64,000 nt of DNA, from the NCBI GenBank assembly GCA_038087875.1, contig JAXLNO010001607.1:310001-374000 (forward strand), given 5' to 3'. Of the stretch, positions 47,701 to 57,969 are shown piece by piece (position 1 is the stretch's first letter; each line of letters begins with the position of its first letter). Source of the DNA: Malacoraja senta (Eukaryota). The notes below the pieces were generated by a model that searched no databases, was not told the DNA's origin, and saw nothing but the letters and a program-made list of their open reading frames with translations. The translations under genes were made by a program, and so were the position numbers.

Positions 47701-50700
47701 AAGTGTTTTTCTGCACAGAGAGAGCTTGATACCTAGAATGCGCTACCAGGAGTGGTGGTAGAGGAGGACATGATAATGGTGCTTAAGAAAGTTTTGGACA
47801 GGCTTGTGAATGTGCAGGGAATACAAGGATATGGATCACATGCAGGCAGTGGAAATTAGTTTTGGTTTAGTTTAGAAATAGAGTATGGAAACAACACCTT
47901 TGGGCCACTGAGTCTGCACTGACCAGCAATTGCCCATTCACAATTTCTGTCCTACAAGCTAGGGACAATTTACAGAAGCCAATTAACCTGCATATCTTTT
48001 GTATTTGGGAGGAAACCGGAGCACCCAGAGAAAACCCACAGGGTGACAGAGAGAACGTAGAAACTCCGTCCAGACAGCACTCTAGTCAGGATCGAACCCG
48101 GGTCTCTAATGCTGTAAGACAGCCACTCTATCACTGTGCCTCTGTGTTGCCTTAATTTAACTTGGTATCCTGTTCGACATGGACATTGCAGGCTGAAAGT
48201 CCTGTTCTTGTACTGTTCTATGTTCTATATATTCTCATTGGACAGGGCAGGGATATGTTTTACACTCCTCCAGCCTCCATGTTGAATACTTACTCCCAGT
48301 TTAAATCTGATTCAATTAGTCAATCCATTTCTCCCTCCCCTCCTGCCCTGATCCCCATTCTATATTTTGAAGTAATCATTCCCTTTTTCACTCCCTGGTC
48401 TGTCTACTATGCCCACAACTTTCCTCTACTTTCCAGTCTTGGTGCATGCAACATCTATCCATTTACCACTTTCCATAGACCCAGGCAGTTCTTCAAAGTG
48501 AAACAGCGTGAAACTCTTGGACTTCCAGTCAAATCTACTGCATTTAGTTTTCATGACGTAATCTTCCACATGGCATCAATGAAACAAATTGGGTGGCTGC
48601 TTTCTGGAGAACCTGCATTCAATCCATGGGACTTTCTAAGATTACTAATTCCTGCCACTCTAATTCTCCATTCAACACCCACCATGATCCATCCATCTGT
48701 ACCTCTTACACTAGCATAACAAGGGTGAAAGTAACCTTGAGGACCAACAACTCAGCTTCTGTCTGGACATGTTGCAGCCTTTCAAACTCAATTCCACATT
48801 CAACGAGTTGCATTCCCTGTCGATAAAAGAACTGGTCATTTCAACTGTTAAGTTGAAGACAGAAAGAACAGATGCAAGAAGTATGAAGCAGGATCCCAAG
48901 CTGAAACATTACATAACCATGTCTTCCAGATGCTGCCTGAGCCACTGAGTTACACCTGCACGTTTTTTGTTTTTTTTAAATTACAGTAAAGTTATCCACC
49001 TGCCAAATCAGGACAGCCTGACCTACTTGAGTACTGCAGTATGTCTGCATTTTATATAACTCTGTTTAGTTTCATGCATGCAGAGATGCAGTGAAATGGT
49101 TTGGATGGAACAGCAGATGCTGGACACCCCGTCCCTTCTCTCCAGAGATGCTGCCTGTCCCGCTGAGTTACTCCAGATTTTTGTGTCTATCTGCAGTGAA
49201 ATGGTTGTTCTGCATTCTCCCCAGTCAAGTCATACTGTACATAAGTACAATACGTCCACTTCTGGAACAGCACGCAGAGATCCACCACATTCCAGGACAC
49301 ATTGCAGCTTTCAAGTCTCTGAGAAGTCTGATTTTGCCCTAAGGAAATACCCAATTTCTAATTTTCCCATGTTAAGGCCCAGTGTCATAACAGCACTGGA
49401 TTGATGAAGTTGAGGCGCCTGCCTCAGTTAAAGTTTTTCTGTTTCAAGATTGTGACCAAACCCTCGTCACTGGAACTGTGTCGCAGTGCCACCCATTACT
49501 TATGTCCCAATTATCTTTCAACATGCTGGAATCACTTGTTTTTTATCCTTTTTAGACTTTTTTCATGAATTGTTCAGCATAAACAGTTATGCTACAACAA
49601 AGTTAAGCGCAGCTACCACTTAGTTCCAGAGACGTAACAACACAAGAGATAGTGTTGGAAGAATGATCAAACTCACACATAGTGGTTATTAGTAACTTTG
49701 CAGAGGAAACACAAGGTGCTTTCTTCTCAGCATGCTTACTACCAGTCTACCAGAGAGAGAGATAGAGAGAGAGCTGTCTAATAAGCCTGTGGGCGGAGCC
49801 ACAGTATGAGTGACACTAATCTACAGATAGGCACAGGGATAAGTTTTGGTTTATTATTTTCACGTTTAGTTTCGAGGTACAGCATGGAAATAGGCCTTTT
49901 GGCCCACTGAACCTGTGCTGACTAACGACCACCCAAATATTAGTTCTATCCTACACACTAGGGACAATTTACAGAAGCCAAAAAACTTACAAACCTGCAC
50001 GTCTTTGAATGTGACGGAACTGTAGCACCCGGAGATAACTCACATGGTCACAGAGAGAATATATGAACTCCATATAGACAGCACCCATTGTCAGGATTGA
50101 ACTTTGGTCTGTGGTACTGTAAGGCAGCAACTTTCCAGGTACAGTTGCATGCTATCCAATTGGATGAGATAACGACATACATGATCAAGTCAACTCAAGT
50201 ACTGAAGGTAGAGCAAAGGGGAAGGTACAGAGTGTGGCATATAGTTCTCAGCAATGTAGCACACCAGTTCCATTAGATAAGGGTTTCGACACAAAACGTG
50301 ACACATTCCTTCTCTCCAGAGATGCTGCCTGACCCGTTGAGTTACTCTAGTATTTTGTGTCTATCTGCAGTTTAAACCAGCATCTACATAGTTCTATAAA
50401 TAAAGTCCACTGTCTGTAATGGGGTAGTGGTCAATTGGACAGAACCCTAGCTTATGGAACGATCATTCAGAAGCCTGATTTTCTCCTCGGTTATCAAGTT
50501 TTCAAGTAAGCCATTTGGTCCTCTAACCTGCCCACCATTCAATATGACCATGGCTGACGTTCCTCAGGCATCAACTCCTGTTCGGTGCCAGTTCCTCATT
50601 GCACTCAATTCTCCAATCTTTCAAAAGTTTAACTACCGCCACATTAAATACTTCCAATGAGTTTGTCTTCACAAATCTCCGGGGTCAAGAGCGCCAGAGA

Positions 50701-53700
50701 ATGACCACTCTCTGCAAAAAGAGATTTTGTAAACAAATGACTGATCTCTTTTATCTCTTATTGAAGAGGAGTGAAAATACTGCCAATTTTAAGCTTGTCC
50801 CTCCCCAATTGACCCTCATTTCATAACTTGTCAATTATTTATTATTGTCAATAATGTGCCCTAGTGAAAAGATTTGCCGTTGGTATTAGTTTATTATTGT
50901 CACATGAACTGAGATATAGTCAAAAGTTTGTCTGTGTGTTATCCAATCAGATCATACTACACATGTGCAATCAAGCCATCCACAAGTAGAACAGTGCAAA
51001 GAGAAAACTACTCAGAGTGCAGAATATCGGGTTACAATATCATAGCATTACAGTTACAGAGAAAGTGCAGATCAAAAAGAGTTGCAAGGATCACAATGAG
51101 ATTGGTTGGAAGTTCAGGGCAACATCTTATCTTACATGAGAATCATTCAGTAGTCCAATAACAGCGGGGAAGAAGCTGTTCCTGAATTTAATGGTACGTA
51201 CTTTCAAACTTTCTTGTGTACTGTCTTAACAGGGAGCATACAATCCCTTTTAAACCACATGGTTGGTTGATGGGACGAAAGAGGCAAAATGGGGCAGATG
51301 TGGACAGTAACTTGGTTGTTGTAGTAGACTGAAGAATATTTTGTGGTGGGTGACTGTGCAAGTTTTACTGAAGATGAAAATAACCATCTTACTGTCTTGT
51401 AGTTTCCCCTGAGGTCACTCTCGCTGCCCGCCCTGATGATCATTCAGTCCTGTACTGCACTGTGTTTGGATTTTACCCACCGGCCATCAATGTCAGCTGG
51501 TTGCAGAATGGTCAACATGTCTCTGAGACCAAATCTTCTGGGGTCATACCCAACAACGATGGAACATATCATCTAAGGTCTGTCCTTGAGTATGATCCGT
51601 ATGATGGGAAACAGTATTCCTGTCATGTCGATCACAGCAGCCTGCCCGGTGGGAAGATCATCATCTGGGGTAAGAACGTTAAATATTCTTTCATAGATAA
51701 CCATTATCTTCTGTTGTATCCATTTTAATCATCGGGAATACATCCCATATTCCAAGATGCTTAAACTTTCTTTGTTTAGTGGTGTTGCTCTAAGCAATCA
51801 CATAATCAGCACCCACTCTCCACATGAGCAGAAGACTTTGTCAACAGAACATTGATCAAAAGTAAATAAATAACTAATATACAAGGAAGGAGTATTTGGG
51901 ATTCTCAGTGGTGGAACTGATATCCATGAAAGGTATGTTTAAATAAAAAATGAATCTTGATGTGATTAACAGCAAGGCACTGGGGGAGTACATGCCCCAA
52001 TCCAAATCAATGGTCCGAAGTGGAAATGATTGAGAGCTTCATGTTCCTTGGCATGAATGTATCCAATATTCTGTCATGGACTGGCCACATAGCCAAGGGG
52101 ACACACCAACACCTCTACTTCCTCAGGAGACTGAGAATATTCATCATGTCTCTGGTGACTCCAGCAAACATCTATAGATGCCGCTAGAGAAAGCATGTTG
52201 TTGGGTTGCATCACATCTTGATTTGGGAACTGCACTGCCCAAGACTGCAAGAATATACAAAGAGTTAAAGATCATCACACAGCCCAGACTTCCCACTATT
52301 GGCTCAATCTACACTAGGTTGCCTTGGAAAACGAGACTTATCCCACCCCGGTCATTCCTCCTTCCTGCTCCCATCAGGCAATAGGTACTGAAAGTTGAAA
52401 ATATGCACTGCCAGACTCAGGAACACCCCCTTTCCACCTGTTAACAGGCTTCGGAAGGGTCCTTCCATAATGTAGGTTTAAATCCCGATTCACCTCAACC
52501 TCATTGCACATTGAACATTGTCTATGGAACTGATGTGTTACAATGTTGAGAACTATATTCTGTACTCTGTATCCTCCTCTTTGCTCTATCTATTGTTTTT
52601 GAGTTTGTATTTATGTATAGTATTATAATTTGTTTGGATAGCATACAAAACAAACCTTTGCTCTGTATTTTGAAACATCTGGCATTAATAAAACAAAACC
52701 TAATGAAGTAAGTTCCCTGATGCAAGTTACAGATTCAGCAACAACAAATATAGCTGCCTGACAAACAGCGATCGTACTAGTTTGATTCCAAGTATGCTGC
52801 ACTAACCTACACAAATGTTCACTTTTGAAGATTCCCTCGAACAATGCACAACTAAGGAATCTGATGTTTCACTCTGAAGACTGTTGACATACTCCAGAAC
52901 TTAATTTCCAACCTATCTATGTATCATCAGCAATCTAGGCTACAGCGCCATCAGCCCTTTCTTCTGCTCTTAATACCAACGATAAGTAGTTCACTTTCTT
53001 GCAATGATTCCCAACCTGCAGTTTCAGTTTCCCAACCTGAACACTCCTTTAAGACAACTCTCTGCTTGCTCTAAATTGTTTTTTCCATTCATGCTAATTA
53101 TTACCCCTAATGTCATAAGCCATGTGCCTTTGCATCACTAGATTGATATCTTATGAAAATCCAGATATTGTGGCGACATCTGGTGGTCAGGCCACTTATT
53201 GCTAGAACCCTCGTCAGGGGAGCTGGGACTATCACGTGAGTGACAGGGTTTTGGTGGGAGTTGGTGATGAATCAGTCGCCAGTCAACTGGTGTGCCCGAT
53301 AACAACGGCAGGAACTTTGCTCAAGTCCTTACTAAACGTGAGTGGGCCAAAACTGTATTTCTTTAAAAAAAAACATTGATTTGTTCACGACGCTTGGATC
53401 TCTACAATATATTGTATTTCTTTTGTTTCTCATTTCAATTGTGTTACCTATTCTGCTTTTCCATCATTTTGTTTTTGAATTTTAGGCTTTTCACACCTGC
53501 TGCTCGAATATACATTGTCTACGGGTTCCTGTTGCATTTTCAAAGAATTCTAATCAATTTCTCAAACAAAGTTTGAAGAAGGGTCCCAAAACAAAACGTC
53601 ACCTGTCCATGTGTAAGAAGAAACTGCAAATGCTGGTTTACACCGAAGATGGACACAAATTGCTGGAATAACTCAGCTGGTCAGCCAGCATCTCTGGAGA

Positions 53701-54453
53701 AAAGGAATAGGTGATGAATCCATGTTCGCCAGAGATGCTGCCTGTTCCGCTGAGTTACTCCAGCATTTTGTGTCTATTATGTATATTCTTTTCACTGACT
53801 GGTTAGCATGAAACAAAAGCTTTTCACTGTACCTCAATACATGTGACAATAAACTAATCTAAAGCTTTTGTGTAAATCAGTATCTGCATCTCTTTCTTTC
53901 TACAATTTTCCTGTTAATGCACTTTATTGTTTTGTTATTACTTAAATGTTCTGCCATTACTGAAAGGAATCCAACATTTCCCCCAAAACAGATGTCAGAT
54001 TATATAGGGTTAAAACTTTCTGATTTCAATTCGCCTTCTTTCATGAATTAAGTTGTGGCTGTGATGGTGCCATAGATCATAGAGTTGTACAGAACAGATA
54101 TTGTCCCTTTGCCATGTTGCAGAACTCCGTGATTCAAAACAACATATTTATATATGTTGAAAAGCGCCAAAGATAGACACAAAATGCTGGAGTAACTCAG
54201 CGGTGAGGTAGCATCTCTTGAGAAAAGGAATAGGTTGCATTTCGGGTCGAGACCCTTCTTCACCCTGAAGTCTTCAGACAGTGCCAATCTATTTAGCTGC
54301 ACTGCTTAGCAATTGATTTGTAAAATTATGCATTTTTATTTTTCAGAAGGAAATAGGAAGAAAGACAGGCACATAGGCCTTATTGCCGTGTGTGTGCTGA
54401 TATTGCTGGCTATTGTCTTGGCAGTAATTGTTTGGTGGAGAAAAAGAGGAGAG
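26502..54453 (+). CDS. Multi-exon MHC class I heavy-chain-like gene (non-classical); alpha1, alpha2, alpha3 and TM exons; frameshift in alpha2; leader and cytoplasmic exons unresolved
   Basis: Four exons in the correct order with AG/GT sites and phase-1 junctions between them. Spliced product (A7 read as A6): [10 protein letters not shown]...YW...[18 protein letters not shown]...FDG...KW...LEHDC...RK/VSPEV...YC..FGFYP...W...NDGTY...[10 protein letters not shown]...W/E...TM. C101-C164 and C203-C259 equivalents and the N86 glycan site are conserved. Introns are 14,587, 9,776 and 2,677 bp. Confidence 0.93.
28540..28880 (+). mobile_element. CR1 LINE 3' fragment
   Basis: [18 protein letters not shown]...[10 protein letters not shown] motifs. 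Confidence 0.75.
28885..29355 (-). mobile_element. Penelope-like element 3' end (GIY-YIG C-terminus plus pLTR)
   Basis: [48 protein letters not shown], followed by the pLTR with a hammerhead-like motif. Confidence 0.85.
28951..28987 (-). ncRNA. Minimal hammerhead-ribozyme-like motif in the Penelope pLTR (best-preserved copy)
   Basis: rc = UCAGU CUGAAGA A GGG-UUUCGG-CCC GAAA CGUU GCCC: CUGANGA core, stem II, GAAA and a palindromic stem III leading into a GUH triplet. Confidence 0.65.
30265..32200 (+). mobile_element. CR1 LINE, 5'-truncated, with RT domain and 3' tail
   Basis: KSPGPD...[16 protein letters not shown]...QHGF...[11 protein letters not shown]...[10 protein letters not shown]...FADD. 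A +1 G in a G7 run at 31174-31180 shifts the frame. (atgtttct)n tail, with the 3' end partly duplicated. Confidence 0.95.
32205..32905 (-). mobile_element. Rex1/Babar-like LINE 3' fragment
   Basis: [18 protein letters not shown]...[13 protein letters not shown]...DPTHPLH..FQLLPSG; (tctgaa)n tail. Confidence 0.85.
33401..34080. mobile_element. Composite MITE with GGGCCTGTCCCACTT TIRs, an inner TIR-like pair and a Penelope-derived insert
   Basis: Outer TIRs ggggcctgtcccacttgcgtgtccttgg / ccaaggacacgtaagtgggacaggccc+TTAA; inner pair at 33855-33870 and 33979-33994. Confidence 0.75.
33521..33715. repeat. Palindromic head-to-head pair of Penelope pLTR/hammerhead-like units
   Basis: About 95-bp inverted arms centred on cag-T-ctg at 33616. 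Confidence 0.85.
34432..34637 (+). mobile_element. HE1-like SINE whose tail was the hAT target site (tail resumes at 38921)
   Basis: gagttgctgcc..gcagcaccagagacccgggtttgaaccc head; the tail ctgta.ctc.aaag..taaa is split by the hAT. Confidence 0.75.
35033..35595. repeat. Minisatellite: 9 units of about 58-68 bp with variable G-runs
   Basis: Unit gagtcatcactactgatgg(g/a)tcttccctg(t/c)aggag(G)n..agca..ag.accc..ca; the first unit is a perfect 14-bp hairpin. Confidence 0.92.
36056..36221 (+). pseudogene. Second hAT transposase remnant (Tip100/ZMYM1-type dimerisation domain) nested in the Buster element
   Basis: [53 protein letters not shown] with a 2-bp deletion at about 36124; a CAGGGCC-type hAT end lies at about 34788. 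Confidence 0.8.
37031..38796 (+). pseudogene. Buster-type hAT transposase, multiply frameshifted
   Basis: BED-like [62 protein letters not shown]-terminal CEGGFS...QPSH*; stops and frameshifts throughout. Confidence 0.92.
39790..40610 (+). mobile_element. Penelope-like element 3' part (GIY-YIG endonuclease plus pLTR)
   Basis: [32 protein letters not shown]...VAQHF...[12 protein letters not shown]...GMNIDF; degenerate hammerhead-like motif at about 40474-40505. Confidence 0.9.
40730..41200 (-). mobile_element. RTE-clade LINE 3' fragment
   Basis: [28 protein letters not shown]...GRP...MEDRDVW; (tta)n tail. Confidence 0.8.
41350..41626 (+). CDS. MHC class I alpha2 exon (277 bp, +1 frameshift in A7 run at 41527-41533)
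   Basis: Acceptor ttctttcag at 41341-41349, donor GTGAGT at 41627. The 5' frame reads [12 protein letters not shown]...AFDGR...KW...KEKWDKNEK. The +1 frame continues [31 protein letters not shown]. Length is 276+1. Confidence 0.92.
42132..44900 (-). mobile_element. Young CR1 LINE (endonuclease, RT and 3' end; internal deletion near 44190)
   Basis: EN motifs YFNARS, ISETWL, RGGGVA, YYRPP, VGDFN; RT motifs [32 protein letters not shown]; (ataacc)n tail. Confidence 0.95.
44990..47235 (-). mobile_element. L1-clade LINE 3' fragment, split by an insertion at about 45589-46560
   Basis: [12 protein letters not shown]...[10 protein letters not shown]...WENELG...CSLNARH.LIQFK and [11 protein letters not shown]...W...F...WSP; poly-T at 44990-45010. 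Confidence 0.85.
45589..46560 (+). mobile_element. Unclassified GC-rich non-coding retroposon with an L2-like 3' tail
   Basis: Ends tgtaaggtgtccttgagactcttgaaaggcgcccataaataaaatttat(tat)n; CpG-rich body; no convincing ORF. Confidence 0.6.
47860..48150 (-). mobile_element. HE1-like SINE
   Basis: tttagtttag tail, ggaggaaaccggagcaccc core, ggatcgaacccgggtctct head. A similar copy lies at 49860-50140. Confidence 0.8.
51403..51669 (+). CDS. MHC class I alpha3 (Ig C1-set) exon (267 bp)
   Basis: Acceptor ctgtcttgtag ending 51402, donor GTAAG at 51670. Encodes (V)[88 protein letters not shown], showing C1-set C-FYP-W-N.DGTY-YSC.V.H motifs. Confidence 0.95.
52010..52700 (+). mobile_element. Rex1/Babar-like LINE 3' fragment, decayed
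   Basis: gccaag..gacacaccaacacctctacttcctcaggagactgag pattern shared with 24130-24900. Confidence 0.65.
53165..53345. promoter_or_regulatory. Candidate intronic CTCF site plus E-box
   Basis: 53171-53189 rc = TGACCACCAGATGTCGCCA (CTCF-like); TCACGTGA at 53232-53239; TGAATCA at 53268-53274; non-repeat context. Confidence 0.4.
54347..54453 (+). CDS. Connecting peptide/transmembrane exon of the class I-like gene
   Basis: Acceptor tttttatttttcag ending 54346 (phase 1), donor GTAAGA at 54454. Encodes (E)[35 protein letters not shown]: about 22 hydrophobic residues followed by a basic stop-transfer. Confidence 0.88.
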
Positions 54454-54699
54454 GTAAGATGGAAAAATTGTGATGCACTGTTGCTAGTAAAGGTATTGGG
54501 CTTGAAGAAATTATCGATCTCAAGTAGGATAAGGCAGCAGCTACACCTGAAATGCCTCGACAGTCACCACTGTCAACTAGCCTTTGTGCTGTTGTTAAAT
54601 GTTTCTGATAATCAGATATTTAAAAATTGTGAATTCAGTGTAAAAAAATGTTATACATTATGGATTCACTGCCCCAAATCCTAGAAATATCAATGAGTC

Positions 54700-55385
54700 A
54701 TTAAAAAGTACAGCATGCAAGCAGTCCTTTCGGCCCACCGTGTCCATGCCAACCACCAACCACCTGTTCTCATGAATTCTATCTCATTGCACCTTCTCAT
54801 CCAGTCACCCACCCACTAGGGGCAATTTACAGTGGCCAATTAAACTATAAACTGACACATCTTAGGATGTGTGAGGAAACCGGAGCCCCGGAGGGATCCA
54901 ATGTGGTTACACGGAGAACGTGCAAACTCCACATAGATGGCACTCGAGGTCAAAATTGAACCCGGGTCTGTGTCGCTGTATGGCAGCAGCTCTACGAGTT
55001 GTGACACTGTGCTGCTCTGTTGGGGGCTCGCACTGTTCATGATCCAAGTCAGCAATGAGGCAGATTGGTTGCAGTTTAACGTTTACTAGTTTTGTTTAGT
55101 TTAATTTAGAGATACAGTGACGAAACAGGTCCTTAGGCCCGCCGAGTCTGCGCTGACCAGCGATCCCCGCACATTAACACTATCCTATACACATACACCA
55201 AGCCAATTAACCTACATACCTGTACGTCTTTGGAGTGTGGGAGGAAACCTTAGATCTTGGAGAAAACACACGCGGTCATGGGGAGAACGTACAAACTTTG
55301 TACAGACAGCATCAGTAGTCGGGATCGAACCCGGGTCTCCGGTGCTGCAAGCGCTGTAAGGCAGCAACTCTACCGCTGCACACAG
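54700..55385 (-). mobile_element. Two HE1-like SINEs (about 54700-55015 and 55085-55385)
   Basis: 55085-55385 is near-consensus: gagatacag..aaacaggtcc...ggatcgaacccgggtctcc...gcagcaactctaccgctgc. Confidence 0.85.
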
Positions 55386-55549
55386 TAGCTGCCACCAAGG
55401 CCGCTGTTGCTGGAAAACTCAAAATTAAGTGGGAATGTCAGTAGTGGGAGAAATGGTTCAAGGTGGAAAGCCGAATGAATGAGCAACAACATGACAGGTG
55501 GACTACAATGTGAAACATGGACAGCACAGAGCCAGAGACCTGAATTAAA

Positions 55550-56260
55550 TACCGACATCAGCTGGTGTATCTGTAGAGTTGCATGTTGTTCCTGTGACCA
55601 TGTGGGTTTCCCCAGGTGCTCTGGTTTCCACCCACATCCCCAAAACATTGTTTGGTAGGTTAGTTGTCCCCTAGATTGTGCATGATACAATGCGGGGAGA
55701 GCTGATGAGAATGTGGGACAAATATAGGATTAGTATACATGAATGGTTGGTGCAGGTCAGTGGGACAAAGGCCATGTTTGTATGCTGCATATTTCCATGA
55801 CTCTTTATGATGTAGAAAGATGCTGACTATTTATGATTTATAAGATTGGGAAAGACTGTGAGGGACAGTGCTATAGTAACTCAGCAGGTCAGGCAACATC
55901 CCTGGAGACCATGGATAGGTGACAATCTGGTTCGAGACTCTTCAGGCAAATTACAATGTTTGTACATAATGCAGCATGGTAGTGCAGCTGGTAGAACTGC
56001 TGTCTCACAACGCCAGAGACCCAGGTTCAATCTGGACCTCGGGTATTGTCTACGTGGAGTTTGCACATTCTCTTGTGACTATGTGGGCTTCCTCAGGGAG
56101 CTCCGGTTTCCTCCCATATCCCAAAGATGAGCAGGTGTGCAGGTAATCATCCTCGGTAAGTCACCCTGATAGTGTAGGGGTGGATGGGAAATCTATTATG
56201 AATGGGTGATTGCTGGTTAGTATGGATTTGGTGGCACAAATGGCCTGTTTACACACTATC
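55550..56260 (+). mobile_element. Two degenerate HE1-like SINEs separated by a Penelope-derived fragment
   Basis: Heads ccagagacc.g.g.ttcaa and cores ggtttcc.cccaca at about 55550-55810 and 55965-56260. Confidence 0.65.
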
Positions 56261-56989
56261 ACTGTTTTCAAGAGAGAGTTAGATTTAGCGCTTAGGGCTA
56301 AGGGAGTCGGGGGATATGGGGGAAAAGCCAGATCGGAGTATTAATTATGGATGATCAGCCATGATTGTATTGAATGGCGGTGCTGGCTCAAAGGGCCGAA
56401 TAGCCTATTCCTGCACTTATTTTTTATGTTTCTATCTTTCTATTAAATAAACTAAATTGGAAGACAGAAGGTATTGACTGATGCATCTTCACGCCAGCTG
56501 TAAATGTCATAAACTGTGAGAATTGATTGCAAATGTTATACAATATTATAAACTAAACTGCGTGATCAAAATGACAAGATGGATGAAGAGCAGAGTTTTC
56601 ATTGAAATAACAGAGGTGCAGCTTTCTCGAGCACTTGGCCTTGGTTGTGTAATATTTCCTCTTCAAAATACAATGTTCCCAGGCATTGCTGGTCTGAGAC
56701 ACCATTCAGCAAGTATATTTCCTGAAATTGAGATTCTGCTTTCATGGTATCAAGATGTCTAACAGCTCCAGCACCCAGATCAGAACCTTGCCAAAACTAA
56801 GAATGCAGCAACAATTTAGTCATTGAACATCAACGTCATGCATATTTGAACTGAGGCAATGGTTAGCTTATTATCACTGTAAACCAGTCATGGTCATGGG
56901 TCTGCCATTGTGGTCACTATTAGTGAGGGTGATTAACTATCATTTAGCAGCGAAACGAAAAAGAATTGGCTTTTCAAGCCCACGGAGCC

Positions 56990-57535
56990 ATAGAGTCATA
57001 CGGCATGGAAATGGGCCCTTTGCCTCAACTTGGCCATGCCAACCAAGATGCCATGTTTAAACTACAATTTTCCTGCAATTGACCCATATCTCACTGAACC
57101 TTTCCTATCTACAGTATGTACCTGTCCAAGTGTGTTCTAAATGTTTTTTAATACCTGCCTCAACTCCTTCCCCTGGAATGTTCTTCCATATTTCCACTTC
57201 CTCTGGTTCCGAGTAACTCGTTCCCTTCTCACCTTAAACCTAAGTCCTCTGGTTCTTGATTACATAAGGCTGGTTAAAAGATTCTGTGCATTCAATCTAT
57301 CTATGCTCCTTGATTTTATAAACTTCTATAAGATCACCCCTCAGCCTCTTGCGTGCCAAGGACTAAAGTCCAAGCATTCTCATCCTCTCCCTGAATCACA
57401 GGCCCTGTTAATGACATCCTTCCGATAGTGGAGTGACCAAAACTTAACACAATACTCCAAATGTGGCCTCACCAACATCTTGTACAACTGTAGCAGAACA
57501 TCCCAACTTTTGTATTCAGTACTTTTCTTTTAAAA
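56990..57535 (-). mobile_element. CR1 LINE 3' fragment
   Basis: agagtcatacggcatggaaat tail...ctccaaatgtggcctcaccaacatcttgtacaactg, matching other CR1 copies. Confidence 0.7.
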
Positions 57536-57969
57536 TCTTTTTATTGTTTTTTTTCCAAAAAACAAAAACAAAAATAAAACATAAAAAACAGAGCAAAAAG
57601 ATACAAAGGGATCAGGATTAAACACATTAATAACAGGTATAATCTAATATGAGACCAGTGTCAAAATACACAATGAATATAGACCTCTATGTAAATATAG
57701 TTAAATCTTTAAAAGGAAACATAAATGTAAAAAAAGCAAAGATAAAAAGACAAAAAGAAAAAGAAAAAACAAAACCCCCTAAACTAAAAAAACATTTTTA
57801 AAAATTGATAATAATAAAATAAGAATAAAAATAAAATAAATAAATAAAACAAAACAGAGCAAAACCGAATCTGAACTGAGAAATTCAACAATTTAAGTCT
57901 GTTTGTCGTCAAGTCCATTCCACCCTATGAAGGTAAAATAATTTTTATAAAGGTTAAAGAGGGAACAAT

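Noticed and set aside
51403-51669. MHC class II beta2 or immunoglobulin constant exon
   Set aside because: It is preceded in phase by class I-type alpha1 and alpha2 exons and followed by a TM exon, which is class I architecture.
54454-54684. Read-through 77-aa cytoplasmic tail in ORF 54313-54684
   Set aside because: A strong GTAAGA donor follows the stop-transfer residues, and the downstream peptide has no recognisable motif. Most likely an open intron frame.
54810-54826. CTCF-like CCACTAGGGGCA
   Set aside because: It lies in a SINE segment (a variant of cacactagggacaattt) and is one G short of the core.
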